Shown: positions 54,645 through 63,968 of the stretch, piece after piece
How positions within the stretch are numbered: the stretch's first letter is position 1
Layout of the letters: every line of letters begins with the position of its first letter
Source of the DNA: a virus
DNA: 64,000 bases
Virus record (IMG/VR): IMGVR_UViG_3300042197_000370
Direction: 5' to 3' (one strand)
Program-made: the position numbers and the translations under genes
Notes under the pieces: model-generated
Databases searched by the model: none
The model's input: only the letters and a program-made list of their open reading frames with translations
Told to the model about the DNA's origin: nothing

Positions 54645-55399
54645 AATTTTTTCCTTATTAAAAACGGTATAATAACTTGTTCAGTATATATCTTGTGTTG
54701 TGCAGATCCAGGATGAGGATCGTTTTCTACTGGAAAGGGTAAGCCTGAATATTTAATAATCCATGATTGACAATCTTCAGCATCTATCCAATTATCAAAA
54801 TCAATTAAATCATATAGATATTTTACATCAGGATGATCGACTACATCAATGTGTTGGTCTGTATTTTTTGGATACCTTGTTTTGATATTTTTATTAAAAA
54901 CATCACTGAAGTACTCTGTCATAAAATACGGGACTCCGTGACTCTTTAAAAACCACTGTACGTTTAATATGTGTTCAATGGTTGATATAACTGATCCTAC
55001 ATGGTCGTAAAAATTATTATAAAAACTACTTGACAATGGATCGTCCCAATGGTCATTTACCAAGTAATAATTTGAATCGCTTACGATTCTAAGAGGATTA
55101 CTATCATTATCTCTATAACCCATTTTATGAAATTTGCCAGGATCACGGTCAAAGTAGTATTCATCTCTATGACACCCGGACCACATAATACCAACTAATA
55201 TATCTTTTGGATTGTAGTTCTTTAATGTTTCTAGTGTGTTAAAAATGGTTTTCTTGCTTATAATTCCATTGCTACCTGCACCATGGCCCAAATATAAAGC
55301 CTCAATACCCATAGCCCTACTTAAATGATAAGGCCATGTTTTGTGACCACTCGGAAATTGTGTGAAACTACATCCAGCAGATATAAGCAATTTTGTCAT
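54614..55399 (-). CDS. SGNH-hydrolase-like protein
   Basis: AGCSFT, GHGAGSN, DPHPG. Confidence 0.65.
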   Translation of the reverse strand: MTKLLISAGCSFTQFPSGHKTWPYHLSRAMGIEALYLGHGAGSNGIISKKTIFNTLETLKNYNPKDILVGIMWSGCHRDEYYFDRDPGKFHKMGYRDNDSNPLRIVSDSNYYLVNDHWDDPLSSSFYNNFYDHVGSVISTIEHILNVQWFLKSHGVPYFMTEYFSDVFNKNIKTRYPKNTDQHIDVVDHPDVKYLYDLIDFDNWIDAEDCQSWIIKYSGLPFPVENDPHPGSAQHKIYTEQVIIPFLIRKKLWQQSEINNP

Positions 55400-56424
55400 T
55401 TAGCAAATATATTATTGTATTGTTTATTAACTCGTATAAATGTTGTACACTTACTTAACTGTTTTAAAGTAGATGCACCAACATAACTGCAAGTACTACG
55501 TATTCCACCTAACAAATCTAATACTGTATTGTTTATAGGTCCGCGATACGGAACCTCAACAGTTCTGCCCTCGCTACTACGATAGTTTGCTACCCCACCG
55601 TGATGCTTATTCATTGCAGTATCACTACTCATACCATAGAACGTTACCTTGCCATTTTCAACATGACCGCCACCTTCGTCATGACCGGCTAACATGCCAC
55701 CAAGCATCACGAAGTCAGCACCCGCACCGAAAGCCTTACTAACATCACCAGGACAAGTACATCCACCATCAGCAATAATATGACCGCCAAGACCGTGAGC
55801 GGCATCGGCGCATTCAATAATTGCACTAAGTTGAGGGTACCCCACACCAGTTTGAATGCGAGTAGTACAAACGCTCCCAGGCCCAATCCCCACTTTAACA
55901 ATGTCGGCTCCACGTAAAATTAACTCCTGTGTCATATCTGCGGTAACAACGTTACCTGCAATAATTGTATGCGTAGGATATTTATCACGAACCTTACTTA
56001 CAAAGTCACAAAAATGTTCGCTGTATCCATTAGCAATATCAATACAAATGAAATGAATTTCAGGATATACGTTTAACGTTTGTTGCAGGTTAGTCCAGTC
56101 TTTATCACTAGTTCCTGTACTAACTGCAAAGTAGTTGCCACCAATATCTTCTACAGTGGTATCCATGTATTCCATGTATTCCATACCGATATTTTTAACT
56201 AGGCACGTAAACATTTTATGCCGGTATAATGCATGTGCCATTTCTAGTGTACCAACACCGTCCATGTTAGCAGCCATGATGGGAACACCGGTCCATTCAA
56301 ATCCGCTGTGTTTGAACTTGAATGTTCGTTCTAGGTTTACTTCTTTTCTGCTAGAAATTGTACTGCGCTTAGGGCGAATCAATACGTCACTAAAATCTAA
56401 CTTAACTTCGTTTTCGATTCTCAT
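55396..56424 (-). CDS. guaC: GMP reductase
   Basis: [55 protein letters not shown]. Confidence 0.95.
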   Translation of the reverse strand: MRIENEVKLDFSDVLIRPKRSTISSRKEVNLERTFKFKHSGFEWTGVPIMAANMDGVGTLEMAHALYRHKMFTCLVKNIGMEYMEYMDTTVEDIGGNYFAVSTGTSDKDWTNLQQTLNVYPEIHFICIDIANGYSEHFCDFVSKVRDKYPTHTIIAGNVVTADMTQELILRGADIVKVGIGPGSVCTTRIQTGVGYPQLSAIIECADAAHGLGGHIIADGGCTCPGDVSKAFGAGADFVMLGGMLAGHDEGGGHVENGKVTFYGMSSDTAMNKHHGGVANYRSSEGRTVEVPYRGPINNTVLDLLGGIRSTCSYVGASTLKQLSKCTTFIRVNKQYNNIFAK

Positions 56425-56426
56425 TT

Positions 56427-57614
56427 TTATTCGTATTTGCTTTCTCTTGTATACTTGCGATAGTCTTTAGACATACGCAACCATTGCTGACCGCGACCTT
56501 CAAGAATATCACAGATTCTATCAATAGTGCCATCAGTCCAATCGCTAATCTTGCCTTGCTTAGGATGAGGTTGAATCAATAACTTATGCAACTTTTCTAA
56601 TGCATCATCCATACTCCATGGCACATACAAACGTTCATAGTCATTAGCAAATGTTTCAGGGAAACTACGATACGCAGGATACAATACATTGCATCCTAAT
56701 GCATCTGCCTCACTTACTGTATTGCTTACCCAGTCTTGTAATGCACAGTTGAACAATACACGTGTATCGTTAAGCAACAGATAATAGATAGTCTTATCTA
56801 AATCTTCATAAACTTTTAGTTTACCTTCTTCACGCATTTTATTAGTGCGTTGCATATAACTGCTATTGTTACTGCGTAGTTTACTACCGCTAAACACAGC
56901 AAATTCTACGTTGTTCCCATAACGATTGTGCCACTCATCGATCAAGTCCAAATAGAAGTCAGGTTGCTTTTCTTGATCCCAACGTGCGGCAAAGCCTACA
57001 CGCATATGACGTTCTTCAAATGGCTTGAGATTTTGGCCTGCATCTAATACTCTGCGTCTTACTTCTTCCTTACCGAATGCAAGACCACTGATATTATAGA
57101 TAGGGGCAGTCCAGCCTGCAACTCGCATATGCATAACCATTTCTTCATTGCTGGCTAACACACCATCTACGAATTCGTTAACCATCTTTTCATATTTCTG
57201 CATCCATTTCGACATGCCCCATACATGTACGAAATCATCAGGATCAATGGATTGAGCAAGACAACGGACAAAAATGCGAGGACGGTGAGCATCATCGACT
57301 TGATCAAGAATATAAGGTAGGCTCTCGATACCGGGCTGAAACATGTCCTCAAAGTAGATAACATCTTCATTTGTTACTAATCCTTCTTTCATCATTTTAA
57401 CAAGATTCATCAATTGACTCATGCCGTAATATGTACGACCATGCGCATCCAGTACTTGACCAGTTACAATCTGCTGATCACTAGATAGTGTTTCACCTGG
57501 GACAACAACGTACTTAATACTGCGCCGGTCAAAAACTGTTGTGTTCCAATCTGTTAATTGTAGTGTGTATCGTGCCTTGTATGGCTCCAAACCCATATAA
57601 AATAATTTTTTCAT
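56427..57614 (-). CDS. GT-B glycosyltransferase, phage type
   Basis: [31 protein letters not shown]. Confidence 0.8.
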   Translation of the reverse strand: MKKLFYMGLEPYKARYTLQLTDWNTTVFDRRSIKYVVVPGETLSSDQQIVTGQVLDAHGRTYYGMSQLMNLVKMMKEGLVTNEDVIYFEDMFQPGIESLPYILDQVDDAHRPRIFVRCLAQSIDPDDFVHVWGMSKWMQKYEKMVNEFVDGVLASNEEMVMHMRVAGWTAPIYNISGLAFGKEEVRRRVLDAGQNLKPFEERHMRVGFAARWDQEKQPDFYLDLIDEWHNRYGNNVEFAVFSGSKLRSNNSSYMQRTNKMREEGKLKVYEDLDKTIYYLLLNDTRVLFNCALQDWVSNTVSEADALGCNVLYPAYRSFPETFANDYERLYVPWSMDDALEKLHKLLIQPHPKQGKISDWTDGTIDRICDILEGRGQQWLRMSKDYRKYTRESKYE

Positions 57615-58390
57615 TATGCTACTCCGTATGTTTGTTTTAATGTGTCTTTAATCAATGTGTAATCCTCAATTGAAAGTTTACTACCTTTAAGGATACTATT
57701 CAAGTAGTGACTATCCCATGGATAGTTTGGGTAACTTGAATTAGTTATCCAATCAATACATTCTTTCTTAGCCCTAATATGGCAATTATACCAAGTACTA
57801 TGTACGTCTTTAGCGAATTCATATTCGTTTGATATATTGAAAAAGTTTACCATATTCTCGTAAAAGTCTTTATCTAGTACTTCATTATACAATGTTTCAC
57901 TATAACAAGTCAATATTTTATGACCCTCTTTTGGAATAAATGATCCATTGTTACTATCCATACCGTCTAGAAATGTTACAACACTATTTAGGCCGTCAAA
58001 CTTGTTTTCTTGTTTTAATTCTAAGATGTAATGTGGGTGAAGTTTCATAAACTTTTCAGTGCAGAATTTACCCGTAGACCTTAATAATATGGTCTTGTCA
58101 ACATCATACAATGAATTCTTATGCTTGTCCATAACTTGTGCAACCATGATAACTGTTTCTAATTGATCTTTTAGCATCAACTCGTAACGTATCCAATTAT
58201 AAAAATTTCTATTATCTGGGTATATAAATTTCTTAATAAATTCTACTTTACCCAATGTGTCGATTGGGTACGCACTATTTCGTATTACAAATCCTTTTGT
58301 GTTGATTTGTCCGTTATATTCATTAGACAATAACATTAACCAACGAACGTGATTGCTGAATCCACCATTAATAGCACATACACTATGCAT
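57614..58390 (-). CDS. GG..N..RW family protein, tandem copy 3
   Basis: MHSVCAINGGFSNHVRWL. Confidence 0.7.
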   Translation of the reverse strand: MHSVCAINGGFSNHVRWLMLLSNEYNGQINTKGFVIRNSAYPIDTLGKVEFIKKFIYPDNRNFYNWIRYELMLKDQLETVIMVAQVMDKHKNSLYDVDKTILLRSTGKFCTEKFMKLHPHYILELKQENKFDGLNSVVTFLDGMDSNNGSFIPKEGHKILTCYSETLYNEVLDKDFYENMVNFFNISNEYEFAKDVHSTWYNCHIRAKKECIDWITNSSYPNYPWDSHYLNSILKGSKLSIEDYTLIKDTLKQTYGVA

Positions 58391-59165
58391 CTTCTAGTCC
58401 GTATATTTTCTTTGCATATTTCTTAATCATGTTGTAATCTTCTATTGGCATATTTTTGCCTTGTAATACATAATTAAAATAATGACTGTCCCAAGGGAAA
58501 TCGGGATATTCTGAGTTTAATAACCATTCAATACAATCGGATTTCGCTTGCTGATGTAAGTTATACCATATTGTATGAATTTGTTGCGCTTGTTCATACT
58601 CATTTGATATTTCTAAGAAATCTACTATATCATCGTAATATTCTTTATTTAATATTGGATCATAAAATGCTTCACTGCGACAACTAAAAATCCTGTGGTT
58701 ATCTTTGGGAATGTAGAGGCTGTTTTTTTCATCCGCACTTTTAAAAAAATTGTACATTGTTTCATCAGTGGATATGTTATGCTTTCTATTGTCTAGTATA
58801 AAAAAAGGATGCAATTTAACATATTTTTCTACACAGAACATGTGTTCGGATCTTAATAGGATCGTTTTAGTTATAGTTAAGTTTGGATCATTAAATTTCG
58901 TCATATGATGAGAACATAAAACAACGGTATCTAGTTTGTCTCTCAGTAATGATTCATAACGTAACCAGTTATAAAATTTTCTAGTATTAGGATATACATG
59001 TTCATGTATGAATTCTACTTTCTCAGAAGGATTAGTGGGGAAGTATTTACCACTTATAATAAATCCTTTGCTGTTAAGTCTATGGTCATTGTATTCATCT
59101 GACATTAGCATTAACCACCTCATGTGGTTAGAAAATGCTCCGGGTACAGCACATACACTATGCAT
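58383..59165 (-). CDS. GG..N..RW family protein, tandem copy 2
   Basis: MHSVCAVPGAFSNHMRWL; ATG 59165. Confidence 0.7.
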   Translation of the reverse strand: MHSVCAVPGAFSNHMRWLMLMSDEYNDHRLNSKGFIISGKYFPTNPSEKVEFIHEHVYPNTRKFYNWLRYESLLRDKLDTVVLCSHHMTKFNDPNLTITKTILLRSEHMFCVEKYVKLHPFFILDNRKHNISTDETMYNFFKSADEKNSLYIPKDNHRIFSCRSEAFYDPILNKEYYDDIVDFLEISNEYEQAQQIHTIWYNLHQQAKSDCIEWLLNSEYPDFPWDSHYFNYVLQGKNMPIEDYNMIKKYAKKIYGLEDA

Positions 59166-59763
59166 TATGCAACCCATACCACATTTGATGAATTTCGTTT
59201 GCGTAGTCATACAAATCTTCTAACTCAAAAAAATTTATTATTTTATAATAAAGCGATTTGTCTAATTTTGGAGTATACAGTGTTTTTCCTTCTACTATTA
59301 ATAATTCTTCATTTGGATTACATACAAAATCTGTTATACCTTTATTCTCATCTTCACAACGTTTAATGAAATCTTTAGGTGTAAACGTGTTTAGGGTAGG
59401 ATTAAATCTAACGTAGTGTTTTAAACAGTCTATTGGATCTAGTACTGAAGCCAATATTTTATGAGGACCAACTATATTTTTTGTTGCTACTTCCATCTTA
59501 TGAGATATTGTGATAATATGATCTAATTGACCACGATATCTCCATTCATACGCAATCCAATTAGAATGTGTCCGCTCTTTAGAGTACACATTTTCTTCTA
59601 TAAATTTTACTTTATCTTTACTATTCCATGGGAATGCTCTTTTGAATCCCATAAAACTATTTGCATTTAATAAACCTAAACTATTGTACTTTTGCGAAAG
59701 TAGTATTAACCAACGATAATGATTAGCAAAACCCCCTACTGGAGCACATATACTATGACGCAT
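59158..59763 (-). CDS. GG..N..RW family protein, tandem copy 1
   Basis: MRHSICAPVGGFANHYRWL; ATG 59763. Confidence 0.7.
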   Translation of the reverse strand: MRHSICAPVGGFANHYRWLILLSQKYNSLGLLNANSFMGFKRAFPWNSKDKVKFIEENVYSKERTHSNWIAYEWRYRGQLDHIITISHKMEVATKNIVGPHKILASVLDPIDCLKHYVRFNPTLNTFTPKDFIKRCEDENKGITDFVCNPNEELLIVEGKTLYTPKLDKSLYYKIINFFELEDLYDYANEIHQMWYGLHNA

Positions 59764-60532
59764 TTTTTCTAATAATATCTTCTTCGATACAATTAATACC
59801 GTATTGAATTTCAATGACTTTCAAAGGTTCGTCAGTATCATTACATAACTGATGCCATTGATCTTTTGAAATGTGAAGATATTTATGTTCATCAAATTGA
59901 CCTAACTCATCAAATTCAGTTTTGACAGGATCGATAGTATTGACGGTTGCAGTACCGTGAGAAACAAACCAAAACTCACTACGCTCATTATGTTTTTGCA
60001 TACTTAGTTTTTGTCCAGGATTAACAGTTAATTCTTTAACTTTAACACTAGGACCATCTTGGTGAAGAACCCTATAATATCCCCAGTCACGTATAGTTTT
60101 AGGTGACTTCCATTCTTCTAATATCCAACTTGAACTGTTAGCCTTGTCTCCCCCACCTACACCAAACTTAAACGTTATATCCTTAACTACTGTTTCGGGA
60201 ATGTTCGTGACATTTCTATCGCCGCCGTTTGCAAATATAATATTTGCATAGGGGTAACTAATTTTTAATTCTTCTAATAATGATATTGCACTACCATCAC
60301 TATCGTCAAACGTTAATGTAGCATCTACATCTTTCAATGATCCCACTATCATTCTGCGTTCTTCAATGGGCATAAAGGCTCTACCTTTTTTACGGGTAAG
60401 CCATTCATCGCTATTAACGCCTACAATTAAACGATCACCTAATTGCCGTGCGGCGCTCAAATATTTTATGTGTCCACTATGTATTGGGTCAAAACCACCA
60501 GTACATACTACTATGTTTATTTGTTTTTCCAT
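59753..60532 (-). CDS. Bifunctional cytidylyltransferase (RfaE-like) / mannose-6-phosphate-isomerase-type cupin
   Basis: TGGFDPIHSGH; WGYYRVL...VNPGQKLSMQKH..RSEFW...H.L.N...EIQYG. Confidence 0.9.
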   Translation of the reverse strand: MEKQINIVVCTGGFDPIHSGHIKYLSAARQLGDRLIVGVNSDEWLTRKKGRAFMPIEERRMIVGSLKDVDATLTFDDSDGSAISLLEELKISYPYANIIFANGGDRNVTNIPETVVKDITFKFGVGGGDKANSSSWILEEWKSPKTIRDWGYYRVLHQDGPSVKVKELTVNPGQKLSMQKHNERSEFWFVSHGTATVNTIDPVKTEFDELGQFDEHKYLHISKDQWHQLCNDTDEPLKVIEIQYGINCIEEDIIRKNAS

Positions 60533-60711
60533 TAATTCCTTAATCCAACATAAAATAAAAAAAGTGCAAGTACTGCGAATATTGCATATGTCAACCAAGC
60601 GGGTGCGGGAGGCTTCTTAAGATGCGGGCACCTGCCTTGTTGAAAATCGCAATAGTACGGAAGCAACTCATCATTCATTTGCTTCCCGCAGTACTTGCAC
60701 CTCTCACTCAT
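60532..60711 (-). CDS. Small Zn-finger/TM protein (59 aa)
   Basis: Hand translation MSERCKYCGKQMNDELLPYYCDFQQGRCPHLKKPPAPAWLTYAIFAVLALFLFYVGLRN; coupled at both ends. Confidence 0.65.
   Translation of the reverse strand: MSERCKYCGKQMNDELLPYYCDFQQGRCPHLKKPPAPAWLTYAIFAVLALFLFYVGLRN
60564..60700. repeat. Perfect 14-bp inverted repeat closing a three-way-junction structure
   Basis: GTGCAAGTACTGCG (60564-60577) / CGCAGTACTTGCAC (60687-60700). Confidence 0.85.
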
Positions 60712-60917
60712 GATGGTTTACGATCCATTTCCCAGTTGTCCTTAACAGGCTTTCCTGACAAGAACTTGTTGAACTGCCTATAAGTATGGCTCCTATTACT
60801 ATATAGGTCCTTCTCATCAAATACATATCCATAATCCTTACAGAACTCCAAGAACTTTTCCAAATCCTCAAAAATCTGCTTGACGCGGGGGTTATGCTTG
60901 ACTTCATGCTTTGCCAT
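60708..60917 (-). CDS. Conserved phage hypothetical protein
   Basis: AAAGGAG SD; DLEKFLEFC..YGYVFDE. Confidence 0.8.
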   Translation of the reverse strand: MAKHEVKHNPRVKQIFEDLEKFLEFCKDYGYVFDEKDLYSNRSHTYRQFNKFLSGKPVKDNWEMDRKPS

Positions 60918-60930
60918 TGTAATTTCTCCT

Positions 60931-61395
60931 TTAGATGGCTAGTGATTGATATGGTTTATGTGTATCGTATTGTGTCGTAGCACCGTTTTCTCCGTCTTCG
61001 GATACTGTGATTTCAATATCACGATTGGGATATCTCAGTGCTATTTGTAAGTATAGATCATCGCTGATCATTTCGCAACTCTTATGGTTCAATTCAAGTG
61101 TGCCTTCACTGTAAAGTTTTTCCAACCAACGTTTGAACTGAATGAATTCAATATCACGGTCGTCATGAAATACTTGAATGGCTACATTGAAATGAAAGAT
61201 GTGTCGATGTGGATACCCCAAAAAACTAACATCATATTCATCGTTAGTTGCTAGTTTAGGATCAGATGTTGCCGCTGGATATCGGTGTATACCTTCTTTT
61301 CGAAAGGTCACCCATATCATTTTTTTCGCATTCTTCATAATTCTACTTGTTTTCTCTACCAGAGCCTGTTCACGTTGTTGCATAATACCCCTCAT
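60931..61395 (-). CDS. QueD-like T-fold protein (second PTPS-family gene)
   Basis: IHRYP, HRHIFHF, SCEMI, VSEDGENGA. Confidence 0.75.
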   Translation of the reverse strand: MRGIMQQREQALVEKTSRIMKNAKKMIWVTFRKEGIHRYPAATSDPKLATNDEYDVSFLGYPHRHIFHFNVAIQVFHDDRDIEFIQFKRWLEKLYSEGTLELNHKSCEMISDDLYLQIALRYPNRDIEITVSEDGENGATTQYDTHKPYQSLAI

Positions 61396-61433
61396 TTAAA
61401 TAAATTTTTACTAGTTAAAAACGGAAATAGTCA

Positions 61434-61643
61434 TTAATACGTTCTATTTAATGTAGCCCAAGTTAGCCATTGATGGAAAGCATTATATACCTTTTCTGCT
61501 TCTTTTTCGTCTTGTTCGATTTTAACTCCACGAACATAGAAACCATCTTTTGCTACACGTAACATTTCTGTAGTATTAGAGTTTAAAGAAATCGAACTAG
61601 GATTATCTTCTCTAACATCATAGATAGTATTATCGTTCATCAT
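61434..61643 (-). CDS. Hypothetical protein
   Basis: EMLRVAKDGFYVRG. Confidence 0.7.
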   Translation of the reverse strand: MMNDNTIYDVREDNPSSISLNSNTTEMLRVAKDGFYVRGVKIEQDEKEAEKVYNAFHQWLTWATLNRTY

Positions 61644-61830
61644 CAAAATTAACTCGCTCGTGGTCTTCTTCCCACTGAAGTTTTCTCAATCTACGCAACT
61701 CGTCAAAGTACTTTGCCTGTTGCTCCTTTAACACATTTAATGATTCCTTATCACCTTCGTGACTATTAATCTTTTGTGTGGTTATTCTGTATGCTTCTTC
61801 AAGCGTTTTAATTCTACCATGATAAGACAT
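61630..61830 (-). CDS. Small coiled-coil protein
   Basis: ATG 61830. Confidence 0.7.
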   Translation of the reverse strand: MSYHGRIKTLEEAYRITTQKINSHEGDKESLNVLKEQQAKYFDELRRLRKLQWEEDHERVNFDDER

Positions 61831-61831
61831 A

Positions 61832-62434
61832 TTAGGTCTCCTTATACATTTGATTGAAATGTTCAATTACTAAATCATCTTTTAAATTATACAACCAAGC
61901 ATTTGCTTGCTTCCATTCTTCAAAATATGATACATCCAAATCATTTTCCTTAACAAATTTTCCATCTACTATATCACTAAATTCTATATTGGTACAATCT
62001 TTATGGCTAGTGAATGCGTCTTTTAATAATCTCATGTTTCCAATTAAAGACCCTATCCTTTTATTAATATCAGGTTCTTTAATTAGTTCAATATTGTATA
62101 TTCTAATTATGCGATATAGTTTGCTTAATCTAGTTTCATCAGTTATACAAATTACACGTTCAAAGTCTGATAAATTTGGTACTACTGAAGGATGAATATG
62201 AGTTCCGTACCACATACCTTTAGTCCATTCTTGTGTGTTATAATAAGAAAATAATCTATCCCATTCTTTTCTGTCAAAGGTTCGCTGAACTAGTATTCCG
62301 TTATTTCCAATTTTAAAAAAACTATGTTCCTGCGAAGCGGCTATTGTTCCATCTACTATTTTATTCTTTTTATTATTTAACAAATCGCAAACTAAACCGC
62401 CCCCGCAGTAGTTAGGAAAACATACTAAATTCAT
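61832..62434 (-). CDS. Hypothetical protein, distantly GG..N-family-like
   Basis: LVCFPNYCGGGLVCDLL; ATG 62434. Confidence 0.65.
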   Translation of the reverse strand: MNLVCFPNYCGGGLVCDLLNNKKNKIVDGTIAASQEHSFFKIGNNGILVQRTFDRKEWDRLFSYYNTQEWTKGMWYGTHIHPSVVPNLSDFERVICITDETRLSKLYRIIRIYNIELIKEPDINKRIGSLIGNMRLLKDAFTSHKDCTNIEFSDIVDGKFVKENDLDVSYFEEWKQANAWLYNLKDDLVIEHFNQMYKET

Positions 62435-62435
62435 T

Positions 62436-63968
62436 CTATGCCAAAGCACTCATCATAGCGTCATCGCTATCTTCAATAGCCTCATCTACTTCAGGATCAG
62501 AATCTTGCTCTTCAAACAGTTGATTAAACATAGTTAATGCATTGACTGACTTCTTGCCACTATATCCTTGCCCAGCCTTCATTTGAGTCCAAAATCTACT
62601 ATGCTCTTCAATTAGGTCTAAACTTTTTTGACGGTCCTTTAATGAAAATATTTCATCTACAATTTCACCAAAACTAATATCTTCAAAGCGATCCAATACC
62701 ATAGCAGGCTTAGTACCTTGTTCATATCTACGATTTGCCTCTTGTACAGCAACAATATGTTGATATACGTTGTGTGCTTGCAACAATGTATAACTTAGTG
62801 TGTCCCAACTTGTTTTAGTTTCTTTACCATGCTGACCTAAGAAGCCTGGACCACGATAGCACAAGTCACGAACCATCATACGTTCAGTGATAGGACTATC
62901 ACTAAACATTCTATGTATATTGTCCTGCAACACAGCATCGCTAAACTTGCGAGTATCATTATGATATGATTTCTTTTCAGCAGTCTTTTCCATACTATAC
63001 GTCCACTTCTTATCATGCTCAATGGAAGTGTTATAGTATGCTAGACCTTTGGCAGCACTAAAGAAAGGGCTTGCGCAGTCAAAAGTAATCTGCAAGTTAG
63101 GATTATGATACTTGCGGACTGCACGTTGAATATCAGTAAACAATACTGCATATTCAAGAATCGATGTACCCAAACAATGTATAAGATCATGTTTGCCAGG
63201 TTCAAGCAAGCCATCATGAATGATGTTTACGATTCGTCTTAGCGTTAGGTGAATGTCAATCTTATTTTGACCCCCAAACGCCCAACCATTGAAATGATTG
63301 TCTGGATACACTTTTGGATCACAGTACTTTTTCATTTCGGCGTACCAATCGTCACTCTGCTTGTGATTCAAGCCCTGTAATACGTTTAAGAATTTACAGT
63401 TCCCGTTTCTATGCTTAATAAAATATTCGTTATTAATATGTGTAGCAAGTACAGCCTCATCGATTGTACTGATACCATGCTTATCTAACAAATGTTTATT
63501 ACGCAATGTTTGTGTTGGCACATCTAAACACATACCGTAATCCATGTATGTGTCCATCCATGTCAACACTAATTTTCTTTGTTTCAATGCTTTAGGGCAA
63601 TTAGGATTCTTCCAATCAGCAGGCCATTGACCTTTCATGATTTGAAATCCACCACTATCACCTAGCATAAACGTTCTACTTTCACGTTTACGAATAATAC
63701 TTTCAGCATGGTCATCAACTGTAGTATCTAAGTTGGCGTGACCAGCACTATACAAACCCCACTTATATTTGAATAATCCCTGCTTACTGTTTAAGAAGTT
63801 TAGACATTCAACGTCACCATTGAAGCCTGCAGGGATTCTTGCACTATCAAAATAGTTCTCCCCCTCACGTTGCTTGCCTAAGCCAGTGATGAAGAAACTA
63901 GACACTGCTGGTAAGAACAGTGCCCAATCAGGATTATGATTACTTGTGAGATTTTCTTTATCTATCAT
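62436..63968 (-). CDS. DpdA/TGT-like guanine transglycosylase (probably DNA-directed)
   Basis: LGDSGGFQ, LDVP, NVLQG, GWAFGG, IHCLG, TFDCAS; adjacent to folE/queD/queE. Confidence 0.8.
   Translation of the reverse strand: MIDKENLTSNHNPDWALFLPAVSSFFITGLGKQREGENYFDSARIPAGFNGDVECLNFLNSKQGLFKYKWGLYSAGHANLDTTVDDHAESIIRKRESRTFMLGDSGGFQIMKGQWPADWKNPNCPKALKQRKLVLTWMDTYMDYGMCLDVPTQTLRNKHLLDKHGISTIDEAVLATHINNEYFIKHRNGNCKFLNVLQGLNHKQSDDWYAEMKKYCDPKVYPDNHFNGWAFGGQNKIDIHLTLRRIVNIIHDGLLEPGKHDLIHCLGTSILEYAVLFTDIQRAVRKYHNPNLQITFDCASPFFSAAKGLAYYNTSIEHDKKWTYSMEKTAEKKSYHNDTRKFSDAVLQDNIHRMFSDSPITERMMVRDLCYRGPGFLGQHGKETKTSWDTLSYTLLQAHNVYQHIVAVQEANRRYEQGTKPAMVLDRFEDISFGEIVDEIFSLKDRQKSLDLIEEHSRFWTQMKAGQGYSGKKSVNALTMFNQLFEEQDSDPEVDEAIEDSDDAMMSALA

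Noticed and set aside
60564-60700. Hammerhead ribozyme or MITE interpretation of the structured element
   Set aside because: No CUGAUGA/GAAA core in junction positions (UGAUGA lies in a terminal loop), and no target-site duplication flanks the 14-bp arms.
1106-62195. Many plus-strand ORFs of 60-160 aa in the track (e.g. 14151-14558, 29409-29891, 37473-37757, 42766-43182)
   Set aside because: They are antisense shadows of well-supported minus-strand genes, with no SD, promoter or motifs.
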